This document shows positions 22,663-35,097 of a stretch of DNA of 64,000 nucleotides, piece after piece. The DNA comes from an uncultured Chloroflexia bacterium (GTDB taxonomy: Bacteria > Chloroflexota > Limnocylindria > Limnocylindrales > CSP1-4). Positions within the stretch are counted from its first letter, which is position 1, and each line of letters starts with the position of its first letter. Location of the stretch: positions 213,191-277,190 of the forward strand of contig CAVZYT010000002.1 of the NCBI GenBank assembly GCA_963779575.1, read 5' to 3'. Position numbers and translations under genes: made by a program. The notes beneath the pieces are model-generated. The model was given only the letters and a program-made list of their open reading frames with translations. It had not been told where the DNA came from and did not search any database.

Positions 22663-22678
22663 TCGAACAGGCGTTCTG
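22663..22678 (-). promoter_or_regulatory. LexA/SOS (Cheo-type) box upstream of uvrB
   Basis: TCGAACAGGCGTTCTG contains GAAC-N4-GTTC, 36 nt upstream of the uvrB ATG, in the divergent uvrB/tadE intergenic region. Confidence 0.6.
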
Positions 22679-22829
22679 TTCCAGGGTGGTGCGTGCACAC
22701 GACAGGACGTTGGTACCAACGCTCCGCTGGCCCATGACTAACGTGGGGCTGCTCCGCCCGAGGGCCGATGCGATGCTCCGGCGAGCGCGGCGTCCCCATG
22801 CCAGGAGTCCGCGGATTCGGCGAGGCAAC

Positions 22830-23387
22830 GTGAACCGCATTCGACAGACGAGGGGCGAGGGAGACGGCGGTCAGACGCTGGTCGAGTTCGCGCTCGTCCT
22901 GCCGATCTTCATCACCCTGTTGATGGGGGTCGTCGAGTTCGGCTTCATGTACAACAACGTCCTCACCGTGCAGTTCGCGTCCCGCCAGGGCGTCAGCGTC
23001 GCGGCGGAGGTCGGTGGCGAGGACGGAGCCGACTGCGCGATCCTCAAGGCGGTCGAGCAGGCGCTCCAGACGCCGATCAACCACAGCGACGTCCAGGCCG
23101 TCGAGATCTTCCAGTCCGATGCCAACGGCGACAGGGTGTCAGGCAAGTACAACCGCTACCTGCGGACCGGTTCGCTCGACTGTCCCGGGACCGGCACCGA
23201 CCAGCCATACACCCTCTCCGGCAGCGAGGGCTACCCCCAGACGTCGCGCGGCGACTCGCTGGCCGAGGGCCTCGACCTGATCGGCGTCAAGATCGACTTC
23301 ACGTATCACGGGATCACGCCGATCGGGGCAGGCCGGACCTGGGGCGTGAGCGACGGCGCGACGCTGCGCATGGAGCCCAAGCAGTGA
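22830..23387 (+). CDS. TadE-like Flp-pilus minor pilin/pseudopilin
   Basis: The N-terminus [39 protein letters not shown] is the TadE/TadG signature. I chose GTG 22830 because GGCGAGG sits just upstream. The ORF could start earlier, at 22773 or 22734. Confidence 0.75.
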   Translation: MNRIRQTRGEGDGGQTLVEFALVLPIFITLLMGVVEFGFMYNNVLTVQFASRQGVSVAAEVGGEDGADCAILKAVEQALQTPINHSDVQAVEIFQSDANGDRVSGKYNRYLRTGSLDCPGTGTDQPYTLSGSEGYPQTSRGDSLAEGLDLIGVKIDFTYHGITPIGAGRTWGVSDGATLRMEPKQ

Positions 23388-23941
23388 GGCTCCGTCGCCG
23401 CGAGTCCCACGAAGGCGAGCGCGGCCAGGCGGTCGTCGAGTTCGCGCTCATCCTCCCGATGTTCATCATCATCCTGTTCGCCGCACTCGAGTTCGGCTCG
23501 GCGATCGACCACCGGACCGCGATGGCCTATGCCGTGCGCGAAGGGGCCCGCGTCGGCGCGTCGCTGGGCAACGGCGGCACCAGCCCCAATGGCGTCGACC
23601 CGGCGATCATCGCCGCGGTCCAGCGCGGCCTGACGGACCCGATCCGGATGGAGAACATCACCTCGATCGAGATCTTCAAGGCCGACACCGCGGGCCAGCC
23701 GATCTCGAGCTACATGGACAAGTACGACAAGGACGGCGTCCTGATCGGGACGGCCGGCTGGCCGGCCGCGACGCGGGTGACCGGGGTCAGCGCCGACTCG
23801 ATCGGCGTCCGGGTGCGCTACGACTTCCACCCGAACACGCCCCTGTCCCAGCTGATGGGCTTCTTCTCGGGCGGTCCTGCCCCCTACAACGTCATGAAGA
23901 TGACCGATACGTCGGTCATGCGCCTGGAGCCCACCCCGTGA
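23384..23941 (+). CDS. TadE-like Flp-pilus minor pilin/pseudopilin
   Basis: [42 protein letters not shown] overlap with the preceding gene. Confidence 0.85.
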   Translation: MRLRRRESHEGERGQAVVEFALILPMFIIILFAALEFGSAIDHRTAMAYAVREGARVGASLGNGGTSPNGVDPAIIAAVQRGLTDPIRMENITSIEIFKADTAGQPISSYMDKYDKDGVLIGTAGWPAATRVTGVSADSIGVRVRYDFHPNTPLSQLMGFFSGGPAPYNVMKMTDTSVMRLEPTP

Positions 23942-25480
23942 TCCGACGACTCCTCGCGCCGTTCCGCCGTGGCCGCAAGGCCACCGGCCAGATCCTGGTG
24001 ATGTTCGCGGGCGGGATGGTCCTGCTGATCGGCGTGCTCGCGGTCGTGATCGACGTCGGCAGCCTGTGGAACGCCTCCATTCACGCACAGCTGGCGGCAG
24101 AGGCCGCCGCGCTCGCCGGCGTCCCGTACATGCCGGGCGACTTCACCACCGCCTCCTCCCTGGCCGTCGCCGAGGCCGGCAGGAACGGCTACTCGACGTC
24201 GACCGGCGCCACCGTCACGCCGTCGCTCAACACCGAGTCCTCTCAGCGGCTCGACGTCACGGTGTCAACCACGTTCAACACCTACTTCATGGGCGTCATC
24301 GGGATCAAGACCGTCCGGGTGACGAAGACCGCGACCGCCGAGTACTCGCTGCCCGTCCCGATGGGCAGCCCGCTCAGCAACTTCGGCGACAACTCGGGGA
24401 GCTTCTGGACCGTCATCGCGGCCGAGGGCTCGGATCGCGGCAACGGCGACGCCTACGCCTCGTACTACAACCCCAACCCGACGCTGAACACCCAGTACGA
24501 CGCCAACGGCTACCAGTACGCCATCGTCGTGCCCGCCGGCGCAGGGTCGACCAACATCGACCTGTACGACGCCACGTTCTGTGCCGTCGACCCGACGAAG
24601 GGCACCGGCGACCGCTGGATCGGCGACGCCGCGTTCGACGCCTTCTCCACGTACTACACCCTGTGGTCGGACCCTGCGTCAACGCCGCTCGACTACAGCG
24701 ACGACGTCGTCGTGGCGGCCTCCGGGACCAGGTTCGAGCACGAGCGCCAGGCCGACCGCAGCGCAACCTATCGGGACACGTCCTACACCTATCCGAGCGG
24801 GACGTTGTTCGCCCTTCCCGATTGCACGACGACCACGTACCACAACAAGTGGTGGACGCTGGGCACCGTGACCACGCCCGGCACGTACCGGCTCCAGATC
24901 GCGACCACGATGGCCTCCAGCCCGAACGACCAGAAGAACACGAGCGGCTCGAACAAGTTCGGTGTCCGCGCCGTGACGTCGAGCTCGACGTGGAAGGCGA
25001 GCGTGTACGGCCTGGGCAAGATGGCGATCTACGCCAACATCACGAACGGCACCACGAACTTCTACCTGGCCCGCATCGACGCCGTCCACGCCGGCAAGAG
25101 CATGGTCGTGTCGCTGTTCGATCCGGGTGACGCGAGCGGCACGGCGTCGATCCAGGTGATGAAGCCCACCACGACGGGCTACACACCCGCGACGTTCAGC
25201 TACACGGCCGACAGCAACGCGAGCTCGTGCTGTCGAAGCGGCACCAACGTCACGTCGCTGACGACCGTCCAGAGCGGGACGAGCCGCTACAACAACTCGT
25301 GGGTCACGATCACGATCCCGCTGCCCAAGACCTACACGGCGCCCCTCCCGCCCGGGCGAGCCGGCCGGAACGCAGGGCGGCTGGTGGAAGATCGCCTACA
25401 CCTACGACAACACCGCAACCGACTCCACGACGTGGAGGGTCGAGATCCGCGGCAACCCCGTCCACCTGGTCCAGCCCTGA
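23938..25480 (+). CDS. TadG-like pilus assembly protein; last ~40 codons recovered in another frame
   Basis: N-terminus KATGQILVMFAGGMVLLIGVLAVVIDVGSLWNA (TadE/G-like N-terminal domain). After about 25350 the listed frame turns Arg-rich. Removing one base from CCCGGGC restores PGEPAGTQGGWWKIAYTYDNTATDSTTWRVEIRGNPVHLVQP, with a stop at 25478..25480. Confidence 0.8.
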
Positions 25481-25646
25481 TCGCCTGACCCAAGCGCCGG
25501 GCACGCGGGTACTTTCGGTCCATAGGTGCCGTGGGTGGTGCGTGCTGACAATCCCCTTGACCGGATTGTCCCGAGACGCCTGACACGAGGGGCTCCGGTC
25601 CTCGCTCCCGACGCCCGCAACCCGACTCCCCACCTGAAGGTAACGC

Positions 25647-26570
25647 ATGGAATTCGAGTACCAGGATCCGTCGCGACGTCGCGGCAAGATGATCATCGTC
25701 GCCGGCGTCATCGTGGCGCTCGTCGCCGGTGGCCTGGCGTTCTACGTGCTCTACCAGGCACGCCAGGACGCGCAGTCCTCGGGCACCGTCGTGGTGCCGG
25801 TGGTCGTGGCCGCGGTCCCGATCGCACCCCGCGTGCCGATCGTGGAGACGGACATCGTCCTGCGCCAGGTGCCGGCCGATGCAACGACCGGGGAGGGCAC
25901 GTTCGCCGATCCCGCCGCGGTCGTCGGCCTGATGGCCACCGTCCCGATCCTCGCCGGCCAGCCGGTCTACGCGAACATGCTCGCCAACGGCACGACCGGC
26001 ACCGGGCTGGCGATCCTCGACCCGGGCGAAACAGTCAGCCCCCAGTCCGAGGCATGGCGAGCCGTCTCGCTCACGGTCCCGGACGACCGCGCCGCGGGTG
26101 GCCTGATCCAGGCCGGTGACATCGTCGACGTCTTCGTGACGGCCACGATCACCGTGCCCGAAGACCTCGCCGCCAAGGGCAAGTACACCTCGGACAAGTC
26201 GACCAAGATCACCTACCAGAACGTCAAGATCCTGCAGCGGGCGACGAACTACTACGTCGTACGCGTGTCGCTGCCCGTGGCCGAGGAGATCAGCCACCTG
26301 CAGGCGGCCGGCTCGGGGGCCTTCAGCCTCGCCCTCCGCCCCACCGAGGACGCCCGCACGGTCGATGTCAGCACCCTCGGTGAGACGACGACCGCGATGA
26401 TCAAGCGCTACGGCCTGCCGATCCCCGAGGTCTACCCGGGTTCCGGGCCGATCACCGTTGTCCCGTCGCCGTCCGCGTCGCCCTCGGCATCGCCAGGCGC
26501 CTCGCCGTCCGCATCGGGGGCGCCGTCGCCGACGCCCGTGATCGAGGATCCCGTCAGCCCGGCACCGTGA
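25647..26570 (+). CDS. cpaB: Flp pilus assembly protein CpaB/RcpC-like (SAF domain)
   Basis: N-terminal TM helix (MIIVAGVIVALVAGGLAFYVLY), then a SAF-like segment (VVVAAVPIAPRVPIVETDIVLRQVP) and a Ser/Pro/Ala-rich tail. RBS GAAGG precedes the ATG. Confidence 0.8.
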   Translation: MEFEYQDPSRRRGKMIIVAGVIVALVAGGLAFYVLYQARQDAQSSGTVVVPVVVAAVPIAPRVPIVETDIVLRQVPADATTGEGTFADPAAVVGLMATVPILAGQPVYANMLANGTTGTGLAILDPGETVSPQSEAWRAVSLTVPDDRAAGGLIQAGDIVDVFVTATITVPEDLAAKGKYTSDKSTKITYQNVKILQRATNYYVVRVSLPVAEEISHLQAAGSGAFSLALRPTEDARTVDVSTLGETTTAMIKRYGLPIPEVYPGSGPITVVPSPSASPSASPGASPSASGAPSPTPVIEDPVSPAP

Positions 26571-27187
26571 CCCGTGGCGGCCGCGAAAGCGGTCGCCACC
26601 ATCGCTCTCGTCGCCACCGGATCGCCGCTCGAGTCGAGCACCCGTGTCGCCGCGGGCGCGATGCGCTGCGCGAGTCCCGACTGCGCCGCGATCCGCCGGT
26701 CCGCGTCCTCGTCCCTCAACGCCGCGGGCGAGCACCCGCTCCCGCTGGGTCGCCGGATCGCAGGTGACCAGCCAGATCTCGTCGCACAGCGCGCCCAGTC
26801 CCCCCTCGACCAGCCGGATGGCCTCGATGGCGACGGCCGGCGCACGCGCCTCATCGGCCGCCGCGATGGCCTCGAGGATCCGGGGCCGGACGGCCGGGTG
26901 GACGATCCGCTCCAGGTCGCGCAACTGCGCCGGGTCGGCGAACACGATCCGGGCGAGGGCGGCGCGATCGAGGGTGCCGCCCGGGGCGACGACCTCGGGG
27001 CCGAACCGAGCGATCACCGCGTCGTGGGCAGGCTGACCGGGAGCGGTCACCGCGCGGGCAACCTCGTCCGCGTCGACGACCACGGCCCCGAGCTCGCCCA
27101 GCCAGCGCGCGACCTGGGACTTGCCGCAGCCGATCGGGCCGGTGATCCCGATCCGCATGGCCCTGGACGCGGGGTGCTCGGCGGGCG

Positions 27188-27191
<4 letters not shown>
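26432..27191 (-). CDS. coaE: dephospho-CoA kinase, one frameshift as sequenced; 3' end uncertain
   Basis: MRIGITGPIGCGKSQVARWL...VVDADEVAR... lies in the frame of ORF 25332..27650. The C-terminal part (DADRRIAAQSGLAQRIAPAATRVLDSSGDPVATRAMV) is in ORF 26432..26854, with the shift near 26750. Start is either GTG 27191 (GTGA overlap with the ABC-F stop) or ATG 27158. As read, the tail overlaps the cpaB 3' end by about 139 nt. Confidence 0.8.
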
Positions 27192-29221
<2,030 letters not shown>

Positions 29222-29373
29222 GGACCTCCCTCGATCGACGCTGCCCGAACGGGCAACCACTCGGCACGGGCGCGTCTTGCGGCCTGTCGCGCGAAGACGG
29301 ACACTCGGGCCGGCCGGAACCTGACCCGGCGACCGTGGATGGCCGCCCTCGAGGTCCGGCGCGGAGGTCAAGG

Positions 29374-29766
29374 TTGCCACAGCTGGTCGTGCTCGGGGCC
29401 AAGGCGACGTGCTCCTTCGGGGCGTCGCCCGCCACGCTGGCCGTGCTGCCGGCCGGACAGCTCATGCAGGGCGGCGGTGCGCTGCTGGCCACCGTGATGG
29501 ATCACGTGCCCATGACCAACCTGGCCACGTTCGGCATGTGCACGACCCAGTCGAACCCGGCCGTGGCCGCCGCGACCAGCGCAGCCATGGGCACGCCCAC
29601 GCCGGCGCCGTGCATCCCGGCCACCAGCTCGCCCTGGTCGCCCGGCTCACCGACGGTCAAGGTCGGGGGCAAGGCCGCCCTGACGTCGGACTCGACGTGC
29701 AGCTGCACCTACGGCGGCGTGATCTCGATCACCGACCCGGGGCAGACGACCGTCAAGACGGGCTGA
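29374..29766 (+). CDS. DUF4280 (PAAR-like) domain protein
   Basis: ORF 29335..29766. TTG 29374 sits 6 nt after GGAGG (29363..29367). Full-length resemblance to DUF4280 as I remember it: VVLGAKATCSFG..., ATVMDHVPMTNLATFGMCTTQSNPAVAAATSAAMGTPTPAPCIPATSSPWSPGSPTVKVGGKAAL, CSCTYGGVISITDPGQ. Confidence 0.75.
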   Translation: MPQLVVLGAKATCSFGASPATLAVLPAGQLMQGGGALLATVMDHVPMTNLATFGMCTTQSNPAVAAATSAAMGTPTPAPCIPATSSPWSPGSPTVKVGGKAALTSDSTCSCTYGGVISITDPGQTTVKTG

Positions 29767-30805
29767 CGCTCCGCGCGGCGGCCCGTCGCGTCGCGGCCGC
29801 CGCAGCGGTCCTCGCCGCCCGTTCGCGGGCCTTGGCCGCCTCGTCGGACGTACGACCAAGGGCGCCATCGCCGTCCAGGTCGACCCACCGCCGGCCCGCC
29901 CGCCCCTTCGCCCCACGGCCGGGCCGCGGCGTCATCGTCGCGAGCAGGGCCCTCGCCGCGGGTCGCTCCGCCGAGGGAAGCCGCTGGCACCACGAGCAGA
30001 AGTGGGTGGCCCGGATGCCGATGACGATGCGCCGGATCGGCCGGCCGCAGCGCCGGCATGGCTGGCCCGTGCGCTGGTACACGTCGAGCCGCTCCTGCAT
30101 CTCGCCGTCGCCGTCGGGTGCCGTGTAGTCGTCGATCGACGAGCCGCGACGTTCCACGGCCTCCGCGAGGATGCCGATGACGTCTCGATAGAGGGCGCGT
30201 TCGTCGGCCGGCCGCAGCGACCGCGCCGAGCGCAGCGGGTGCAGGCGCGAGCGCCACAGCGCCTCGTCGGCGTAGATGTTGCCGACGCCGGCGATGAACG
30301 CCTGGTCCACGAGCAGCGGCTTGAGCCGCGCCCGCCGCCCGCGGATGCGCGTCCGGAACTCGCGCAGCGTGAACCGCGGGTCCAGGGGCTCGGGACCGAC
30401 GCCGTCGAACGGATCGTCGTCCGCGCCGTAGAGCCCCACGCGCCCGAACTTGCGGATGTCGCGGAACCGCAGCTCGCGGCCGTCGTCGAGCGCCAGGGCC
30501 AACCGCTCGTACGGATCCGTGGGCAACGACGCGGGCACCACGAACAGCTGGCCGGTCATCTTGAGGTGCACGGTGAGGAACGCCCCGCCCGAGAGATCGA
30601 TGATCAGCTGCTTGCCGCGCCGCCCGATGTGCTCGATCCGCCGGCCCGAGACGCCCGCGGCGAACCGTGCCGGGTCCTCGTCCCGCAGGGTTCGCTGCCA
30701 GCTGATGCGCGCGCCCGTGATCGTCGGGCCGGGTCCACCGTCGGCCGCCAGGAGATGGCGCCGCAGGTCGCGCGCGACGGTCTCGACCTCGGGCAGCTCG
30801 GGCAC
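29753..30805 (-). CDS. mutM: formamidopyrimidine-DNA glycosylase with a ~75-aa basic C-terminal extension
   Basis: MPELPEVETVARDL (catalytic N-terminal Pro), an H2TH region and the zinc finger CRRCGRPIRRIVIGIRATHFCSWCQ. The Ala/Arg-rich tail overlaps the DUF4280 3' end by 14 nt. Confidence 0.9.
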   Translation of the reverse strand: MPELPEVETVARDLRRHLLAADGGPGPTITGARISWQRTLRDEDPARFAAGVSGRRIEHIGRRGKQLIIDLSGGAFLTVHLKMTGQLFVVPASLPTDPYERLALALDDGRELRFRDIRKFGRVGLYGADDDPFDGVGPEPLDPRFTLREFRTRIRGRRARLKPLLVDQAFIAGVGNIYADEALWRSRLHPLRSARSLRPADERALYRDVIGILAEAVERRGSSIDDYTAPDGDGEMQERLDVYQRTGQPCRRCGRPIRRIVIGIRATHFCSWCQRLPSAERPAARALLATMTPRPGRGAKGRAGRRWVDLDGDGALGRTSDEAAKARERAARTAAAAATRRAAARSVSPS

Positions 30806-30811
30806 GCGCCG

Positions 30812-33803
30812 CTAGACCCCGATCGCCTCGGGCGCCTCACCGGCCTCGGCCAGGACAGCGTCGCGGCGGGAGACCGGCGTCATGCCCTCCCACGAGTCGC
30901 CGACCTTGGCCTCGACGGTCAGCGGCACGGACAGGGGGAGCGCGCCCTCCATCGTCTCGCGCAGCACCGGGAGGACCTTGTCGACCTCGTCGCGCGGCGT
31001 CTCGAGCAGCAGCTCGTCGTGCACCGAGAGCAGGAGGCGCGACCGGAAGCCGCCCTCGCGCAGCGCGCGATCGAGCCGGATCATCGCGATCTTGACGATA
31101 TCGGCGGCCGTGCCCTGGATCGGCATGTTGATCGCCATCCGCTCGCCGGCGGCCCGGAGCGACGGGTTGCGGGCCTCGAGCTCGGGGATCTTGCCGCTTG
31201 CGGCCGAGCAGCGTGGCCACATACCCCTGCTCGCGCGCGGTCTCGCGGATGTGGTGCATGTAGCGGCTGATCCCGCCGTAGGCCGCGAAGTAGGAGTTGA
31301 TGAACTCCTGGGCGTCCTGACGGCTGATTCCGGCGCGGCTCGACAGCCCGAAGTCGCTCATCCCGTACGCGAGCCCGAAGTTGACCATCTTGGCCATCGA
31401 GCGCTCGTCGGAGGTGACGTCCGCCGGGTCCTTGCGCAGCACGCGGGCCGCAGTCTCCCGATGGATGTCCGCGTCGCGCGCGAACGCGTCCGCGAGGTGC
31501 TCGTCACCAGAGACGTGAGCGAGGATCCGCAGCTCGATCTGGCTGTAGTCGGCGGCGACGAGCGTCGTATCGGGCGAGCCGGCCACGAACGCATGCCGGA
31601 TCCGGCGGCCCAGCGGCGTCCGGATCGGGATGTTCTGGAGGTTGGGGTCGGACGATGACAGGCGGCCGGTGGCCGCGACGGCCTGGTGGAACAGCGTGTG
31701 GAGGCGGCCGTCGGGCCCGATCAGGGTCGGGAGCGCCTCGACATAGGTCGACCGGAGCTTGGTGTAGATCCGCCACTCGAGCACGGGCTCGATGACCGGG
31801 TGCACGCCGCGCAGCTCTTCCAGGACCGAGGCGTCGGTCGAGTACCCGGTCTTCGTCCGGCGGCCCTTGGGCAGGCCCAGCTCCACGAACAGGATGTCGC
31901 CCAGCTGCTTGGGCGAGCCGATCGTGAACTCGTGGCCGACGGCGGCGTAGATCTCGCCTTCGAGCCGCGCGATCTCGGCGGCGAACTCGCGCTCCAGGGC
32001 GCCGAGCGCCTCCTCGTCGATCGCGATCCCGGCCGCCTCCATGCGGGCGAGGATCGGGATCAGCGGCAACTCGATCTCCTCGAACAGCCGGTCCACGCCC
32101 TCGTCGCGCATCGCCTGCTCGAGCGACGGCCGCACCGCGACGGCGGACAGGGCCTCGAGACCGGCCGTTGCCGTCGGCGGGAGGCCCGCGGCCGTCGGCG
32201 GCAGGACGAGGTCCAGCCGCTCCCCGACGACGTCGGCGATCTTCTGGGCCCGGAGGGCGGCGTTGACGAGGTAGGCGGCGATCTGGGTGTCGAAGGCGAT
32301 CGCGACCGGCGCGGCCGACGCGTCCTCGGCGAAGCGCGCGGTCAGCAGCGGCTTCACCTCGTGGCCGACGAGACGGGCGTCGATCCGCTCCAGGAGGTGG
32401 CGCAGCGCGTCCGAGGCCTCGGGGCCCTCCGCCGCGACGACCCGGCCGTCCTCCCCGGCGACCGCGAGCGCGAGCGCCGTGCCCGCGAGCGGTCGCGGGT
32501 CGTCGACGACGAGCGCGACCCCGACGCTCGCCTGGTCGCGGAGCCACGTCTCGAGCCCTGCGACCCCGTCCGCGTCCACGATCTCGATCCGGCCCGGGTC
32601 CACGATCGCCGCGGCCAGCGCGCCCGGCACGTCGCCCGACGCAGCCGCGAGCGCCTCGGCCCGGGCCTCGACGGCGGGGGACGTCGCCGCGATCCCGCCA
32701 CCGCTCGCCGCACCGCCACCGCCACCGCCGCCTGACACCACGTCGAAGTCCATCGAGAGCTGCAGCGCGCCGGGATCGACGGGCGCGGCGCCGGGACCAC
32801 CGGGCCGGCCACCACCCGCGCCCCGCCCGACGCCCTGGGCCGCGGGAAAGCCCGCCTCCCGGAGCTCGCGCATCGCGGCGATCGCGTCCTCGGGCCGCTC
32901 CCCGATGAGCGGCGGCAGGCGGTCGATGAGGGTGCGGAACTCGTACTCGCGGAACAGCCGCACCACCGTCTCGCGGTCGTACTCCCCCACCCGCCCGCGG
33001 CTCAGGTCCAGCTCGACATCCACGTCGCGCACGAGGCGCATCAGCTCGCGGCTCTCGAGGACCACGTCGCGGTATTCCTCGAGCAGCGGTCGCAGCTTCT
33101 CGGGCGTGACCTCGTCGAGGTGCTGGTACAGGACGTCGAGGGTCTCCCACGTCGCGATCAGCTTCGACGCGGTCTTCTCCCCCACCCCCGGGATCCCCGG
33201 GATGTTGTCGGTCGGGTCGCCCTTGAGCGCCTTGTAGTCGAGCATCTGGTCGGGGCGGAGGCCCCAGCGCTCGTCGATCTTCGCGAGGTCGTAGGCGACC
33301 GTGTTCGCGATGCCGCCGCGCAGCGAGACCATCAGCTTGGTGCGCTCGCTGACCAGCTGGAGCATGTCCAGGTCGCCGGTCAGGATCGTCACGTCGAGGT
33401 CCGCGGCCTCCGCCTGCCCGACGAGCGTGGCGATCGCATCGTCGGCCTCGAACCCCTCGCGCTCGTAGATCGGGATGCCCAGGGCCCTGACGACCTCCCG
33501 GACCTTGGGGATCTGCTCGCGCATGTCGTCGGGCATCCGCTGGCGGGTCGCCTTGTACTCCGCATAGCGCTCATGCCGGAACGTCGGCTTGCCCAGGTCG
33601 AAGGCGACGCCGAGGCGATCGGGCTTGGCGTCCTGGATCGCCCGCAGCACGATGTTCGTGAACCCGAACACGGCCGTCACCAGCTCGCCCTTCGAGGTCG
33701 TCAGGGGCTGTTCGATGAGGGCGAAGTAGCCGCGGTAGATGAGCCCGTTGCCGTCGAGCAGCAGGAGGCGTTCCATCGGCTCCGAGCGTGCGGGTGGGAA
33801 CAT
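30812..33803 (-). CDS. polA: DNA polymerase I, one frameshift near 31195 as sequenced
   Basis: 5'-nuclease N-terminus ([20 protein letters not shown]; ATG at 33776 or 33803) and polymerase motifs ([12 protein letters not shown]). After [11 protein letters not shown] the frame is lost and resumes in ORF 30812..31222 ([31 protein letters not shown]). Confidence 0.92.
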
Positions 33804-33837
33804 CGTGAGTGTACCCGCGAGCGGCTACGATCTCGGC

Positions 33838-34962
33838 ATGCCGTCACCGCGCCGCGTCGGGGTCATCACGGCCGGCGGCGACAGCCCGGGCCTCAACGCC
33901 GCGATCCGGGGATTCGGCAAGGCCGCCATCAGCTACGGCATGGAGGTCGTCGGGTTCCGGGACGGCTTCCGCGGGCTGGCCGAGGACCGCCGGGTCAAGC
34001 TCGACACCCGCGCGCTGGCCGGGATCCTGACCGTGGGCGGCACGATCCTCGGCACCAGCCGCGACAAGCCGCACCGGATGGTCGTGGACGGCGAGGTCCG
34101 GGACATGACCGACGCCATCCTCGAGACCGCGCGCAGGGCGAACCTGCACGCGCTCCTGTGCCTGGGCGGCGGCGGGACCGCGAAGAACGCGCTCCGGATC
34201 TCGAAGGCCGGCCTCAACGTCGTGATGGTGCCGAAGACCATCGACAACGACCTCGCCGGGACCGACGCCACGATCGGCTTCACGACGGCCCTCGAGGTCG
34301 CGACCGACGCGATCGACCGGCTGCACAGCACCGCCCACAGCCACCACCGGATCATCGTCGCGGAGCTGATGGGCCACGGCGCCGGCTGGCTGGCGCTCGG
34401 CGCGGGCCTCGCGGGCGGCGCCGACGTGATCCTCATCCCCGAGATCCCGTACAGCGTGGCCGCGATCGCCGCAGCGATCAAGGAGCGGGCGCGGCGAGGG
34501 ACCAACTTCAGCATCGTCGCCGTCGCCGAAGGTGCCCGCAGCGTCGAGGATGCGGCGGCGCTGGCCGTGGCGGAGGGGCGCGCGGATCGGGCGAAGGAGC
34601 CGGGGGCCCGCGACGCCGCCAAGGCGGAGGTCGAGCTGCTGGAGACGCAGCACATCGGCAACACGCTCCGGCTTGCCCACCAGCTCGAGCAGCTGACGGG
34701 CCTCGAGTCCCGGGTTTCGATCCTGGGCTACATCCAGCGCGGCGGGACGCCGTCGCCCGTCGATCGCCTGCTCGCGACGCGCCTCGGGAGCGCGGCAGCC
34801 GACCTGGTCGAGGCCGGCACGTTCGGCGTGATGGTCGCCGCTCGAGGTGACGAGACGGCACCGATCCCGCTCGATCAGGTGGCCGGCCAGCGCAAGCGGG
34901 TGCCCCCCGATCACCCTTGGGTCGCCGCGGCGCGCCACGTCGGGACCTGCCTCGGCGACTGA
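33838..34962 (+). CDS. pfkA: 6-phosphofructokinase (ATP- or PPi-dependent)
   Basis: ORF 33739..34962 trimmed to ATG 33838. [46 protein letters not shown]. Confidence 0.88.
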   Translation: MPSPRRVGVITAGGDSPGLNAAIRGFGKAAISYGMEVVGFRDGFRGLAEDRRVKLDTRALAGILTVGGTILGTSRDKPHRMVVDGEVRDMTDAILETARRANLHALLCLGGGGTAKNALRISKAGLNVVMVPKTIDNDLAGTDATIGFTTALEVATDAIDRLHSTAHSHHRIIVAELMGHGAGWLALGAGLAGGADVILIPEIPYSVAAIAAAIKERARRGTNFSIVAVAEGARSVEDAAALAVAEGRADRAKEPGARDAAKAEVELLETQHIGNTLRLAHQLEQLTGLESRVSILGYIQRGGTPSPVDRLLATRLGSAAADLVEAGTFGVMVAARGDETAPIPLDQVAGQRKRVPPDHPWVAAARHVGTCLGD

Positions 34963-35097
34963 CCGCCCCCATCGATCTGCGCAAAAGCCGCATCCGTCGC
35001 GCACGGGTTCTGCACATCCGATCCCGAAGATCGAGGTTGTCAAGGCAACCAGGCGCTGGACAGAACCGGCGCCCCAATCGATCGGAGCACCTTCCCC

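Noticed and set aside
25481-25646. A hidden Flp pilin gene in the tadG-cpaB spacer or upstream of the first tadE (22628..22829).
   Set aside because: Hand translation of all forward frames shows no short ORF with a hydrophobic Flp-type segment or a G/XXXXEY processing motif.
29316-29341. A GGAAC element upstream of the DUF4280 gene as an ECF promoter.
   Set aside because: No CGTC-type -10 lies at 16-18 nt; only CGTG lies at 13 nt. It does not fit the architecture seen at 39873..39898.
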